A DNA stretch of 64,000 bases, taken from Nitrospinales bacterium (GTDB taxonomy: Bacteria > Nitrospinota > Nitrospinia > Nitrospinales > VA-1). Under the pieces are notes generated by a model. That model was not told the DNA's origin and made no database searches. It saw only the letters and a program-made list of their open reading frames with translations. The translations under genes were made by a program, and so were the position numbers. Shown one piece after another: positions 19,525 through 28,811 of the stretch (the first letter of the stretch is position 1; each line of letters opens with the position of its first letter). The stretch spans positions 2,308,030 through 2,372,029 of the forward strand of contig CBDCXL010000002.1 of NCBI GenBank assembly GCA_965223795.1. Reading direction: 5' to 3'.

Positions 19525-20727
19525 TTGCAGGCGGTCCGGACTTTTTCGTTCAACCCGAGCCACGATGGGAGCCGCCCCTTGATCGATCGCAACGATATCG
19601 AAGAAAACGAGAAGACGGCGCTCGCGCCTTACGCGGTGCGCAGCGGGGACAGCCGGGGCCGCCAGCACGCGGAGCCGGAGCATCCCTACCGCACGCGCTT
19701 TCAGCGGGACCGCGACCGGGTGATCCACAGCTCGGCGTTCCGCAGGCTGGAATACAAGACCCAGGTGTTCGTCTACCACGAGGGCGATTACTACCGCACC
19801 CGGCTCACGCACTCTCTGGAAGTGGCGCAGATCGCGCGCTCGATCTGCAAGTCCCTGCAGCTCAACGAAGACCTGGCGGAAGCGATCGCGCTGTCGCACG
19901 ATCTGGGGCACCCGCCGTTCGGGCACACGGGGCAGAATGTTCTGAACAAACTGATGCAGGACCACGGCGGGTTCGAGCACAACAAGCAGAGCCTGCGCAT
20001 CGTGAAGCTGCTGGAGAAGCGCTACCCGGAATTCGCGGGGCTGAACCTCACCTGGGAGGTGCTGGAAGGGATCAGCAAACATTCGAAGGATGCGGAAAAT
20101 CCGATCACCCGGCAGGCAGGGTTCCGCTACCCGTCGCTCGAGGCGCAGGTGGTCGACCACGCCGACGGCATCGCCTACAACGCCCACGACCTGGACGACG
20201 GCATCACCTCCAACCTTCTGGACCTTGCGGAACTCAGGAAGGTGGCGCTGTGGACGGAGAACGAGGCGTGGCTGGATCAGAATTACGCCAACCTGGACTT
20301 CAAGCTGAAGAAATACCAGATCGTGCGCCGCATCATCAACGACCTGATCACGGATTTCAGGGAAAGCACGCTCAAGAACCTGTCCGCGCTGGACATCCGC
20401 AGCGCCGACGACATCCGCTGCGCTTCCAGCCGGGCCGCGGGTTTCAGCCCGGAAACGGATGCCAAGAACAAAGAGCTCAAACGATTTCTGTTCAAGAACA
20501 TGTACACGCACCGCAGGGTCCGGCGCATGGAATTCAAAGCCAAATTGTATCTAACGGAGATATTTCAAGCGTACGTCAAGATTCCGGAACTGCTTCCGGG
20601 AACCCTTCTGGATGGGAAAAGGGAAGACCCGTTCGAACGGAGGTTGTGCGACTACATTTCCGGGATGACCGACCGCTACGCCATTCGTGAATACAAGCGG
20701 CTGTTCACACCGGATGAAAAAGAGTGA
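19525..20727 (+). CDS. dGTPase-like deoxynucleoside triphosphate triphosphohydrolase (HD domain)
   Basis: FQRDRDRVIHSSAFRRLEYKTQVF...RTRLTHSLEVAQIARS...SHDLGHPPFGH supports the call. The track start is TTG at 19525; TTG at 19579 behind GGGAG is an alternative. Confidence 0.9.
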   Translation: MQAVRTFSFNPSHDGSRPLIDRNDIEENEKTALAPYAVRSGDSRGRQHAEPEHPYRTRFQRDRDRVIHSSAFRRLEYKTQVFVYHEGDYYRTRLTHSLEVAQIARSICKSLQLNEDLAEAIALSHDLGHPPFGHTGQNVLNKLMQDHGGFEHNKQSLRIVKLLEKRYPEFAGLNLTWEVLEGISKHSKDAENPITRQAGFRYPSLEAQVVDHADGIAYNAHDLDDGITSNLLDLAELRKVALWTENEAWLDQNYANLDFKLKKYQIVRRIINDLITDFRESTLKNLSALDIRSADDIRCASSRAAGFSPETDAKNKELKRFLFKNMYTHRRVRRMEFKAKLYLTEIFQAYVKIPELLPGTLLDGKREDPFERRLCDYISGMTDRYAIREYKRLFTPDEKE

Positions 20728-20836
20728 CGGAACGACCCGGTTCCCATTGTCCCCGGTAATGGGAAGCGGGCTGCGGTTTATGGCTGCAAGGAAAGGCGTC
20801 CATTTGGGCGCGTTTCCTGGGTTGGTGCGGGAAAGA

Positions 20837-21049
20837 TCATTTCCTTTTGAATTCGTCGGAAAAATCGGGAAACTCGACATCGAGGATGTCGCGCACCATC
20901 CGCGGCACCCGGCCCTTGGCGAGCTTGCCGATGTAAATGTCGTTGGTGGCTTCGTGGAAGCTTTTCCAGTGTTCCCGGCTCAATTCCTGCTTGGTGATCA
21001 GTTTTTTCAATTTTCCGTCCGGGCCGAAAATTCGAACCTCATGAAGCAT
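20837..21049 (-). CDS. Small hypothetical protein (70 aa)
   Basis: ATG at 21049 is preceded by GGAGGTG (MLHEVRIFGPDGKLKKLITKQEL...). There is no recognisable domain. Confidence 0.45.
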   Translation of the reverse strand: MLHEVRIFGPDGKLKKLITKQELSREHWKSFHEATNDIYIGKLAKGRVPRMVRDILDVEFPDFSDEFKRK

Positions 21050-21291
21050 AATGCACCTCCCCATTGGGTTGATCTCACTTGCCGCGAGGATGCTGATCAG
21101 CAAGTATGTTGTTAATAAATATAATTTTGTCGCGCCCAATTCGTAAGGAGAGCGGTCACAAATAATTGTGATACAAATTACATTTACCGGAGGGGTGCGT
21201 GTAAGAAATGGGTTGGGAGCCGGGGTGGGCGGCGCCGTCCCGGCGCCTGCCGCCGCGACTGGGCGGGTTCTGATTGGAAAAGGGGGAGTTC

Positions 21292-21870
21292 ATGAAAAAC
21301 GTGCGCGCGATCTGCGTGTTCTGCGCTTCCAGTTCGGCTGTGGCGCCGGTCTATAAAGAAGCCGCGACGGACCTGGGGCGCCGCATGGGGATGCTGGGCG
21401 TGGAGTTGATCTACGGCGGCGCGTCGATCGGGCTGATGGGCTGCGTGGCGCGGGGGGTGCACGAAAAAGGCGGGCGAGTGACCGGGGTTCTGCCGGCTTT
21501 TTTCAAAACGAAAGACATCGAATACATCGAGGCCGATCAGCTGATCGTCACGCAGGACATGCGGGAGCGCAAGGCGGAACTGGATAAGCGCTCGGACGGG
21601 TTCATCGTGCTGCCCGGCGGCATCGGAACGCTGGAGGAGGCGATGGAAATCCTGTCCCTGCGTCAGCTCAAACAGACGGACCGGCCGCTGGTGTTCGTCA
21701 ACACGGAAGGGTTTTACGACGGGCTGCTCTCCCATCTCAAGGAAATCGTCGCGCTCAACTTCGCCAAAAAGAACACACTGGACCTGTTCGGCGTCGCCGC
21801 CGATCCCCAAGGCGCGCTGGACTACATCATGAACTTCAATGCGGCCGGTCCCATACCGGATAAGGTATGA
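21292..21870 (+). CDS. LOG-family (TIGR00730) nucleotide 5'-monophosphate nucleosidase
   Basis: ATG at 21292. ICVFCASS...IYGGASIGLMG...VLPGGIGTLEE contains the PGGxGTxxE motif. Confidence 0.9.
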   Translation: MKNVRAICVFCASSSAVAPVYKEAATDLGRRMGMLGVELIYGGASIGLMGCVARGVHEKGGRVTGVLPAFFKTKDIEYIEADQLIVTQDMRERKAELDKRSDGFIVLPGGIGTLEEAMEILSLRQLKQTDRPLVFVNTEGFYDGLLSHLKEIVALNFAKKNTLDLFGVAADPQGALDYIMNFNAAGPIPDKV

Positions 21871-21942
21871 AGCTCATGCGAGCTGGTGTTCCGCTTGCAA
21901 TACGAGTTTTAAGGGTAGGCGAAACGATGACGCCCGTTCAGG

Positions 21943-22635
21943 CTAGTTGGCCTGGACGGTCAGGTCGGGGTGAAGGGCTTCCTTGAGGAAGTTTTCGATG
22001 TAATTGAGGGTGCCGGTGGTGGAGCTGGGGCAGCTGCCGCAGGCGCCCTGATAATGGATCTTCACGACGTTGCCTTCGATGCCCAGAATGTCGAGCCCGC
22101 CGCCGTCGTTGGACAGTGCCGGCCGGATGGCCACATCCAGAAGCGCTTCGATCACCTTGGTCTTCTCCTCGTTGCTGCAGTTGGGAAAATCCTCCTTGCG
22201 GAAACCTTCCAGAACCGGTTCGAGGTTTGCGGACGCCTCTTTGGGCTCATCGCCGCTTTCGTAAAACGTGAGGTGTTTTTCTATGGCCGCGCCGATGTTC
22301 TCGGTCACCGTGTGCCAGCCGACCACACCGGATTTGGTGACGGTGACGAAATTTTCCTTCACGAACACATTCTCGATGCCAAAGATGGCGAACAGGGACT
22401 CCGCCAGCACATCGCCTTTGGCTTCCCCGGCGTTGTTGAAGGAGCGGGTGCCGGCGGCGATCACCGGACCGTTGAGGATGAACTGAAACGCATCGGGGTT
22501 CGGCGTGGGCTGGATGCGGACGACTTTGAACGTGCCTTTGCCCTCGGCGGAGCCACCATCAGGCGCTGCCGTCTGGCTTTCCTCAGCGGCGGGTTTGCCG
22601 AACCATTTGCCAAATAAATTGTCGATGAATCCCAT
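21943..22635 (-). CDS. Nfu/NifU-type Fe-S cluster scaffold (Nfu_N + NifU C-terminal domain)
   Basis: ATG at 22635. The Nfu_N-like part reads VRIQPTPNPDAFQF. The C-terminal part reads IRPALSNDGGGLDILGIEGNVVKIHYQGACGSCPSS. Confidence 0.85.
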   Translation of the reverse strand: MGFIDNLFGKWFGKPAAEESQTAAPDGGSAEGKGTFKVVRIQPTPNPDAFQFILNGPVIAAGTRSFNNAGEAKGDVLAESLFAIFGIENVFVKENFVTVTKSGVVGWHTVTENIGAAIEKHLTFYESGDEPKEASANLEPVLEGFRKEDFPNCSNEEKTKVIEALLDVAIRPALSNDGGGLDILGIEGNVVKIHYQGACGSCPSSTTGTLNYIENFLKEALHPDLTVQAN

Positions 22636-22710
22636 GGTGTTTTCCGGCGGGAAGCGCCGCCGTTCGGAACGGGAAATGCGCGAGTGCAACGATCTATTAG
22701 ACCAGAATTT

Positions 22711-23241
22711 TCACCCGATCTCAAGGGATTGCAGGGTATTTGTGAAAATGGCGAGGCTTTCTGCGTCGAACAGCACGAACCGCACCGACTTCAGTCCGGT
22801 GTCGCCGGACAGGTGTTGGACCGCCGCCTCAAGCAGGATGCGCGCCGCCGGCTCGAGGGGAAAGCCGAAAATGCCTGTGGACAGGGCCGGAAGGGCGATC
22901 GAGCGCAGCCCCTTTTCGTCGGCCCGTTTGAGGCTGTGGAGGCAGGCGCTTTTGAGTTTGGCGTCCTCGCCGCCTTCGCCCCATTTGGGGCCGACGGCGT
23001 GGATCACGAATTTCGCACGCAGGTTTCCACCTGTGGTGACCACCGCTTCGCCGACGGGACAGGAACCCAGGGCGCTGCATTCCTGCTGGATGGCCGGGCC
23101 GCCTTTTCTGGCGATGGCGCCGGCGACGCCGCCGCCCAGGATCAGCCGGGAATTGGCCGCGTTGACGATGGCGTCGGCGTCGTTTTCGGTGATGTCCCCC
23201 TGCAAAAGCTCGATTTCCGAATCATTCACCTGGACTTTCAT
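22711..23241 (-). CDS. Macro-domain protein (O-acetyl-ADP-ribose deacetylase-like)
   Basis: LLQGDITENDADAIVNAANSRLILGGGVAGAI...FVIHAVGP...SIALPALSTGIFGFP supports the call. Confidence 0.9.
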   Translation of the reverse strand: MKVQVNDSEIELLQGDITENDADAIVNAANSRLILGGGVAGAIARKGGPAIQQECSALGSCPVGEAVVTTGGNLRAKFVIHAVGPKWGEGGEDAKLKSACLHSLKRADEKGLRSIALPALSTGIFGFPLEPAARILLEAAVQHLSGDTGLKSVRFVLFDAESLAIFTNTLQSLEIG

Positions 23242-23699
23242 TTTCCTGTCGAGCCGAATCCGTTGTCTCCCCGGCCGGAGTCTTCCAGCGAGTCCACCTT
23301 CACGAACTGGACGCGTTCGACCTTCTGCACCAGCAACTGGGCGATCTTGTCGCCCGGCTGGACGCAGTGATCGGTGTCCGTGTGGTTGAACAGCAGCACT
23401 TTCACCTCGCCGCGGTAGCCCGCATCGATGACGCCGGCGCCGCAGTCGAGCCCCTGTTTCACCGCAAGTCCGCTGCGCGGCCAGATGAGCCCGACGCAGC
23501 CGGGGGGCAGGCTGAGACGGATTCCGGTGCCGACCAGTTTGCGGCCGCGCGCCGGTATCCGTGCTTCTTCGGAAGAATGCAGGTCCGCGCCGGCGTCGCC
23601 GGGATGGGCGTACTGCGGCAGCCGGTCGCCCGTGACATCGCAGCGCGGCCGGTTTGTTTGGGTGAGCATGGATTTCCCCCGGTTCGGTTTATCAGACAT
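23238..23699 (-). CDS. dut: dUTP diphosphatase
   Basis: AHPGDAGADL...GLIWPRSGLA...GVIDAGYRGEV...RGDNGFGSTG supports the call. The stop overlaps the macro-domain start by 4 nt. Confidence 0.9.
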   Translation of the reverse strand: MSDKPNRGKSMLTQTNRPRCDVTGDRLPQYAHPGDAGADLHSSEEARIPARGRKLVGTGIRLSLPPGCVGLIWPRSGLAVKQGLDCGAGVIDAGYRGEVKVLLFNHTDTDHCVQPGDKIAQLLVQKVERVQFVKVDSLEDSGRGDNGFGSTGK

Positions 23700-24934
23700 T
23701 CACTATAATGCAGGGACCCACGCGGAGCAAGGCCGCGGGAGTTGCTGTGGCAATGGCGGGGAACGCGGGGAAATGCGTGAAGCGGGGATAATATGCGGTA
23801 TTGGGATTGATATGAAAAATGCCTCGCCCGTTGCCGATCCAAAGAAAATTCAAAAAGCGGCTGGTTGAAGCGCACCCGTCCTTGACATGGGAATGGGATT
23901 GAAACCGGAAAACCTGGACACGGACGGGCGAGGCATTGAAAAGCAAGAAAGGAGGCGGGTTGCTATTTTGACAAGCGAAACGGCGTGAGTTTCGCTGTGC
24001 CACGAAAAGGAGGTTCCATCATCTTTGTACGCCACTTGGAAGGAATTCTGTTGCCGATACAAATGCAGGTTTCGGCTGGCGCTCGTTGCATATGGGGGTA
24101 TGGGAAGGGGTTTGAGACTGGCGTACATCCCGTTCGCTATCATCCTTTTCTCGAAAGAATTCCGGGGATGTGTCTCGTTCAAGATGGATTCCTCTCTTTC
24201 AACAGCAACCCGCCAGTGGAAGTTCTTATCCGCAGAAAGCGGCGGGTTGATCGTGAATGGTGCCGATAAAAATTATTAATATGCCGATAAAACCTAGATT
24301 TTGTAACCGATTAGGGCCGTCCAGCACCCCCTATCTAGTGTGGCCAGAGAACGGTAGCACTACATATAGTGGCCTGTCAAGGGCTAAAAATTAAAATTTC
24401 TTCATTTTCAGGATATTGGCAATGATATCAATATGTTATATGGAGGAACTTTTTCCGGAGATCCGATTTTTTTGCCACCGGATACTACATAATGTGTCCT
24501 CATACTTCGCATAATCTACATATTGTGGGGTGTCGCTTTCCCGCGGGCGTGCCGTTTTCCGGAATATCGGAGGGAGCGCTTTTATTTCAAGGAGCTGCAA
24601 AATAAAAAACCAGCGATTTCCTCATTTTACGGGGCGGACGCCGAGGCTTTCCATTAACCATTTGTTATTAAACAGCTTATTTTTCCTGTGGATAAAATTG
24701 TGAGTTTCGGGCTTTCACGCCCTGTTTTGCCGGCCGCCCTTCACCCCACGGAATCGGATTATTCGTTCCGAAAAGCACTCTGTGGCCGCCTGATCCCCGG
24801 TTGCAGGAAAAATGTGACCTGGCTCCGGTTTCGGTTTTTTCCCTTCATTTCTCCGGCAGGGTTTTTCGGTTTATCCCGCCGGTCGATCGGGATGGCTGCA
24901 CAGTTCTCTGAAACACATCGGATTTTATGTGGTT

Positions 24935-25296
24935 TCAGTTGAGCCGGGTGCGGATGCTCTGCGTGTCGACACGGCTGTAATGGCCGTTGGGCTCGCATTT
25001 CGCGAGAGAAAAACAGTCCTCGGTGCCCAGATCGCACAGAAACTCCACCGCGAGCGCCTGACTCTGGCATTCGGGGCAGCCCTTTCCGGTGAGGTGCGCT
25101 TTCACCTTGCCGAGCAGGCCTTCCTGCGTTTTGCGGTCCTGGGTGACGATGAACTTGTAATGGCAGTGCCCGCACGCGGCCTGGGTGTCGCAGAGACCGC
25201 GGCAGCTCGCAGCTCAGTGACTTCAAACCGGGTGTTGAGGCAGACGGGACAGGGGATTGTTTGAATCAGGGTTTCCACCACTTCCAGTGTGCTCAT
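24935..25296 (-). pseudogene. Cys-rich (multiple CxxC) small protein, reading frame broken near 25205-25218
   Basis: The ATG frame (25296) reads MSTLEVVETLIQTIPCPVCLNTRFEVTEL and then turns Ala/Pro/Arg-rich. A second frame has no start codon and is closed upstream by TGA. It reads (AAS)CRGLCDTQAACGHCHYKFIVTQDRKTQEGLLGKVKAHLTGKGCPECQSQALAVEFLCDLGTEDCFSLAKCEPNGHYSRVDTQSIRTRLN to the stop at 24935. The 362-nt span is not a multiple of 3. Confidence 0.5.
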
Positions 25297-25472
25297 GATC
25301 CACGCTCCTTGCATGCGCCGTGAACGTTCATCAACGCCCGTTGCAAAGTCGGAACGGGGCGGGTTTCCTTTCGCCCAAGCCTGCGGGGCGGATGCCGGAG
25401 GTGGTTGTGAAGCCTGTATTTAAAGGGCTTTGAGGAAAAAAGGGGAGGCGGGCCTGTGGCGCGGACCGGGAT

Positions 25473-27236
25473 TCAACCGCTTTTGAATTTTTCCAGGTCT
25501 TTGGGGATCTCGTCGAGAAAGCGGTCCTTGATGGTGAACAGGCCCGGCTTGCCACTGACGCGGGCGTAGCGGCGTTTTTCGTCGTTTTCGGTGGGATTGC
25601 CGACGCTCACGCGCCCGGCAAGATTTTCATTTCCTTTCCAGATGGATACCGTGACGCTGGGTTTGTCGAGGCCGGACTGTTTGTCGGTGAGCGGCTCCTC
25701 GACGATGGATTCGAATTCCAGGTTGGTCAGGGTCCAGAGAATGTCTTTGCCGAGAAATTCGGGCACCGCGTCGATCGTTTCCGGCTTTTTCAGCGCCCAT
25801 TCCTTGCCCTTTGCCTTGAGTTCGAAAGTCCGGTCCGGATAGGCGATGGCGATGCGGTCGATGTCCTTTTTGTCAAATTGCAAAAGCTTTTTGAAGCGCA
25901 GATCGTGCAGCGAACGGAACAGTTTTTTAACCGTGTCCTTGCCCAGAGTGAACACGGTGCCGTCCTCGGAGCGGGTGGCGTAGACGTTTTCCCGGTTGAT
26001 CGAGTCATTGCCCAGTTTCATCGTCCAGGGATTTTTGTTCCTGCGGTGGACGGTCAGGATTTTGGGTGGGAAATCGAGCCCGAACAGGGCGGGGCTTTTG
26101 TCCACGGTCTTGATGAATTCGCTGATCCGCGCCTGCTTCAGATCGATCAGCACGCTTTTCACGGCGGCGGGATCGACGCGCAGGGATTGGGGCTCGGTGA
26201 TTTTCCAGTCCTTCGCGCCGCTGCGCGCCAGCCGGATGGTTTCCTGGCCGTTCTGGATGTCGAGCTGAGTGACGTTTTCCTCCTTAAACTCAAGCAGAGA
26301 GCGGTCCATGAACTCGTCGAACTGCCTGGACAGGATTTTGAACATCTGATTGCCCAGAAGGACGACGTTGGGAGCGCTCTCGACCTTGCCGAAATAGCCC
26401 GACGTGTCGCGCTTTTCTCCGGCCAGCAGTGTGAGGGGCTTTCCGGATTTTTTGGAATGCAGTTTTAGCGTCGCGGCCGGCGCGTTGAGGCCGAATGGGG
26501 CGAGCGATTTGGGCGCTTCTTCCACGAACTCCTTGACGCGGGCGTTTTCCAGGGTGTGCAGGAAGTTGTCGATCTCGATGGTGTCGCCGCGGGATTTTAG
26601 ATCCTTGTGCGACACTGTCCAGCGTTCGCCTTTTTTGACCAGGGTGAAATCGTTGTCCGCATTTTTCAGGCGCACGGTATCGATGTCCCTGGCGTCGAAT
26701 TTCAACAGGGACTTGTCCCGGAGAGCGAACACCGACTGTTCGAAATCCTCCCGGGCGTCGGCGGCCAGCAGCACGCGCGTTTCCCCGCCGCGCTGGACGT
26801 AGACTTTCTGGTTGAGGGGATTGACATCGCCGATGGCGAGCGTGTGCTCCTTGCCGTCTTTCAGCTTGAGCCGGACCGTGAGTCCGGGATCCTTCAGGCC
26901 GTAGGAAGCGGGGTCTTCGGGGACCTCCTCGACCACGCGGGTGAAGCGGGCGCCGCTGAGTTTCGCCGCGAAGGCGTTGGCGTTTTCGTTGTCGGCCGCG
27001 GCCTTGAGGGGTTCGATCAACTGCCAGGTGTCCGCGTTTTTGCGTTTGAGACGCAGGTTCTGCGCGGCGGACTGCAGGGCGAATTCGCTGATATCCGCGG
27101 CGTCGAACTGAAAAAGCTGTTCCGATCGCGCTTCCTCGCTTTTTTTCCTTTCCTGGGAAGGCAGCTCGACGCCGTAATAATAGGCGATGAGCGCGATCAG
27201 CGCCACGACCAGCCACAGGGTTCCTTTAAACCTCAT
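25473..27236 (-). CDS. DUF4340 domain protein (partner of GldG-like ABC auxiliary protein)
   Basis: ATG at 27236 overlaps the upstream stop (ATGA). The product has an N-terminal transmembrane anchor followed by a long repetitive beta-rich ectodomain typical of DUF4340. Confidence 0.8.
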   Translation of the reverse strand: MRFKGTLWLVVALIALIAYYYGVELPSQERKKSEEARSEQLFQFDAADISEFALQSAAQNLRLKRKNADTWQLIEPLKAAADNENANAFAAKLSGARFTRVVEEVPEDPASYGLKDPGLTVRLKLKDGKEHTLAIGDVNPLNQKVYVQRGGETRVLLAADAREDFEQSVFALRDKSLLKFDARDIDTVRLKNADNDFTLVKKGERWTVSHKDLKSRGDTIEIDNFLHTLENARVKEFVEEAPKSLAPFGLNAPAATLKLHSKKSGKPLTLLAGEKRDTSGYFGKVESAPNVVLLGNQMFKILSRQFDEFMDRSLLEFKEENVTQLDIQNGQETIRLARSGAKDWKITEPQSLRVDPAAVKSVLIDLKQARISEFIKTVDKSPALFGLDFPPKILTVHRRNKNPWTMKLGNDSINRENVYATRSEDGTVFTLGKDTVKKLFRSLHDLRFKKLLQFDKKDIDRIAIAYPDRTFELKAKGKEWALKKPETIDAVPEFLGKDILWTLTNLEFESIVEEPLTDKQSGLDKPSVTVSIWKGNENLAGRVSVGNPTENDEKRRYARVSGKPGLFTIKDRFLDEIPKDLEKFKSG

Positions 27237-28804
27237 AGACGCCGTCTCCTCCACCAGTTGCGGACCCCGGCCAGCACCACCAGGCCGGGGAACACCACCA
27301 GACCGAGGATGTACATCGCGCTTCCCGAGGCGCGCGTCAGCTGCAGCGGGCTGTCCTTGCGCTCGCGCGGACGGATCGAGATCAGGTTTTCCTCCTCGGC
27401 CAGCCAGGAGGCGGCGTTGAGGAAAAAGTCGCCGTTGCCGCCGGCGCGAAAGTAGCCGTTGCTGGCGAAATCCGAATCGCCGATGACGAGCAGCCGCCCT
27501 TTGGGCTTGCCGGAGGGGCTTTTCTCAGGCGGGTCCACGGGAGCGTGGCCGGCGGGAAGCTCAGGCTGTTCCTCCCCGGTCTTGGTGGAGGCGAGCACGG
27601 CGACGGGCACCGGCCCCATGCGGTCGACGCCCTGATCGAATTTCACCTTTTTGGAATCGAAATCGGTTTCCGCCCAGCTGTTCTGCCCGCTCTGCATGAG
27701 TTCGGTGGTTTCAATGCCCTCGACCTCATTGGCGGTCACCGAACGCAGCACCGGGTAGACGGTGTCGAGACCGAAATCTTTGGTGATGGCGTGCAGGGTG
27801 TACTGGCTGATCACCGGCGTCGCGAAGTCGCCGCCGAACAGTTTGGAAAGCGGGTCGATGATGATGTCCTGCTGCAGGCCGACGCCCCATTTTTCCAGAA
27901 GATCGGTCAGGCCGAATTCGGTTTTCGGGTCGGCCTGCAAAAGCACCGCACCGCCCTTGTCCAGGTATTCGGCGATGAGTTTTTCCTCCTCGGGAAGAAT
28001 CGGTTTTTCCGGGCCGGAGACGATGAGCACGGAAGCGTCGTCCGGAATCGCGCCGCTTTGCAGCAAAAGCAGGGGCTTCACCTCGAAGCCGTCTTTCATC
28101 AGGGCTTCCTTGGCGGCGGAATAGCCCTGGTTTTCCTTGCTCTCGATGTCCTTTTCACCGTGCCCCTTGAGGAAATAGATGGTTTTCTTCTCGTCGCGGA
28201 TCACCTTGGCGAAGGCGTTGGTCAGGTTTTCCTCGGTGGGGTTCTGCACCTTGGTTTCCTGCTTGCCGCTTTCAAACGCCACCGTGTCGTAGGTGGTGAT
28301 GCCGTACTGCTTGACGATGGCCGGGTTGCGGTCGGGATCGACGAAGCTGAGTTTGATCTTGTCGGAGAGGCTCAAGTAGCCGTCGATCAGGTTCTCGAAC
28401 TTCGTTTTGGTCGGCGCGTCGCTGCGGAAAAACGCGGTCAGCGTCACCTCGCGGGGCAGGCTGGAGACGATCTTTTTGGTCTGCGGCGCCAGTGTGTAGA
28501 CGCCGGATTCGGTGAAGTCGAAGCGGTGCTTGTGCCGGAAGGCCAGCAGGTTGACGAAGATCAGGATACCCAGCACCACCGCCACCAGCACAACGGCGTT
28601 CATGCCGTACAGCGCGGTGCGGGTTTTCAGGCTGCGCCGGATGGAATCCCAGCCGCCGACCAGGAAAAACACGGCGTTGATTCCCGCCACGGCGGCGAGC
28701 GAACCCATCAGGATCGTCTGGCCGGGCAGCACCACGTAGAAAAACAGCGCCGCAAAGCCGAACAGGATCGCCAGCCAGCCGAAAATGGGAATCCATTGTT
28801 TCAT
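27233..28804 (-). CDS. GldG-like ABC-transporter auxiliary protein (ABC_transp_aux family)
   Basis: 523 aa with N- and C-terminal transmembrane segments. RFDFTESGVYTLAPQTKKIVSSL...LTAFF...DPDRNP is typical of GldG-family proteins. Confidence 0.85.
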   Translation of the reverse strand: MKQWIPIFGWLAILFGFAALFFYVVLPGQTILMGSLAAVAGINAVFFLVGGWDSIRRSLKTRTALYGMNAVVLVAVVLGILIFVNLLAFRHKHRFDFTESGVYTLAPQTKKIVSSLPREVTLTAFFRSDAPTKTKFENLIDGYLSLSDKIKLSFVDPDRNPAIVKQYGITTYDTVAFESGKQETKVQNPTEENLTNAFAKVIRDEKKTIYFLKGHGEKDIESKENQGYSAAKEALMKDGFEVKPLLLLQSGAIPDDASVLIVSGPEKPILPEEEKLIAEYLDKGGAVLLQADPKTEFGLTDLLEKWGVGLQQDIIIDPLSKLFGGDFATPVISQYTLHAITKDFGLDTVYPVLRSVTANEVEGIETTELMQSGQNSWAETDFDSKKVKFDQGVDRMGPVPVAVLASTKTGEEQPELPAGHAPVDPPEKSPSGKPKGRLLVIGDSDFASNGYFRAGGNGDFFLNAASWLAEEENLISIRPRERKDSPLQLTRASGSAMYILGLVVFPGLVVLAGVRNWWRRRRL

Positions 28805-28811
28805 AGAAAGG

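Noticed and set aside
21156-21171. The palindrome TCACAA-ATAA-TTGTGA lies in the divergent region between the 70-aa ORF and the LOG gene. It superficially resembles a CRP site.
   Set aside because: The half-sites are everted (TCACA-N6-TGTGA rather than TGTGA-N6-TCACA). The arms are only 6 bp, there is a single occurrence, and no cognate regulator is nearby. I cannot distinguish it from chance.
24226-24695. DnaA-box-like 9-mers in the AT-rich gene-free segment, which might suggest a replication origin. They are TGTGGATAA at 24687-24695 (a perfect reverse complement of TTATCCACA) and TTATCCGCA at 24226-24234.
   Set aside because: I found only two boxes, ~450 bp apart. There is no cluster of boxes and no AT-rich 13-mer-type repeats that I could recognise. 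There is no dnaA, dnaN, gidA or parAB context in the window. Isolated DnaA boxes occur by chance and as regulatory sites.
24688-24942. An 84-aa plus-strand ORF (GTG start), and ORFs 23985..24269, 24025..24279 and 23850..24182, as possible genes filling the gene-free segment.
   Set aside because: There are no ribosome-binding sites. The compositions look non-protein-like (Arg/Phe/Cys-rich), the ORFs overlap one another in several frames, and there are no motifs. I treated them as noise and flagged the region as noncoding.
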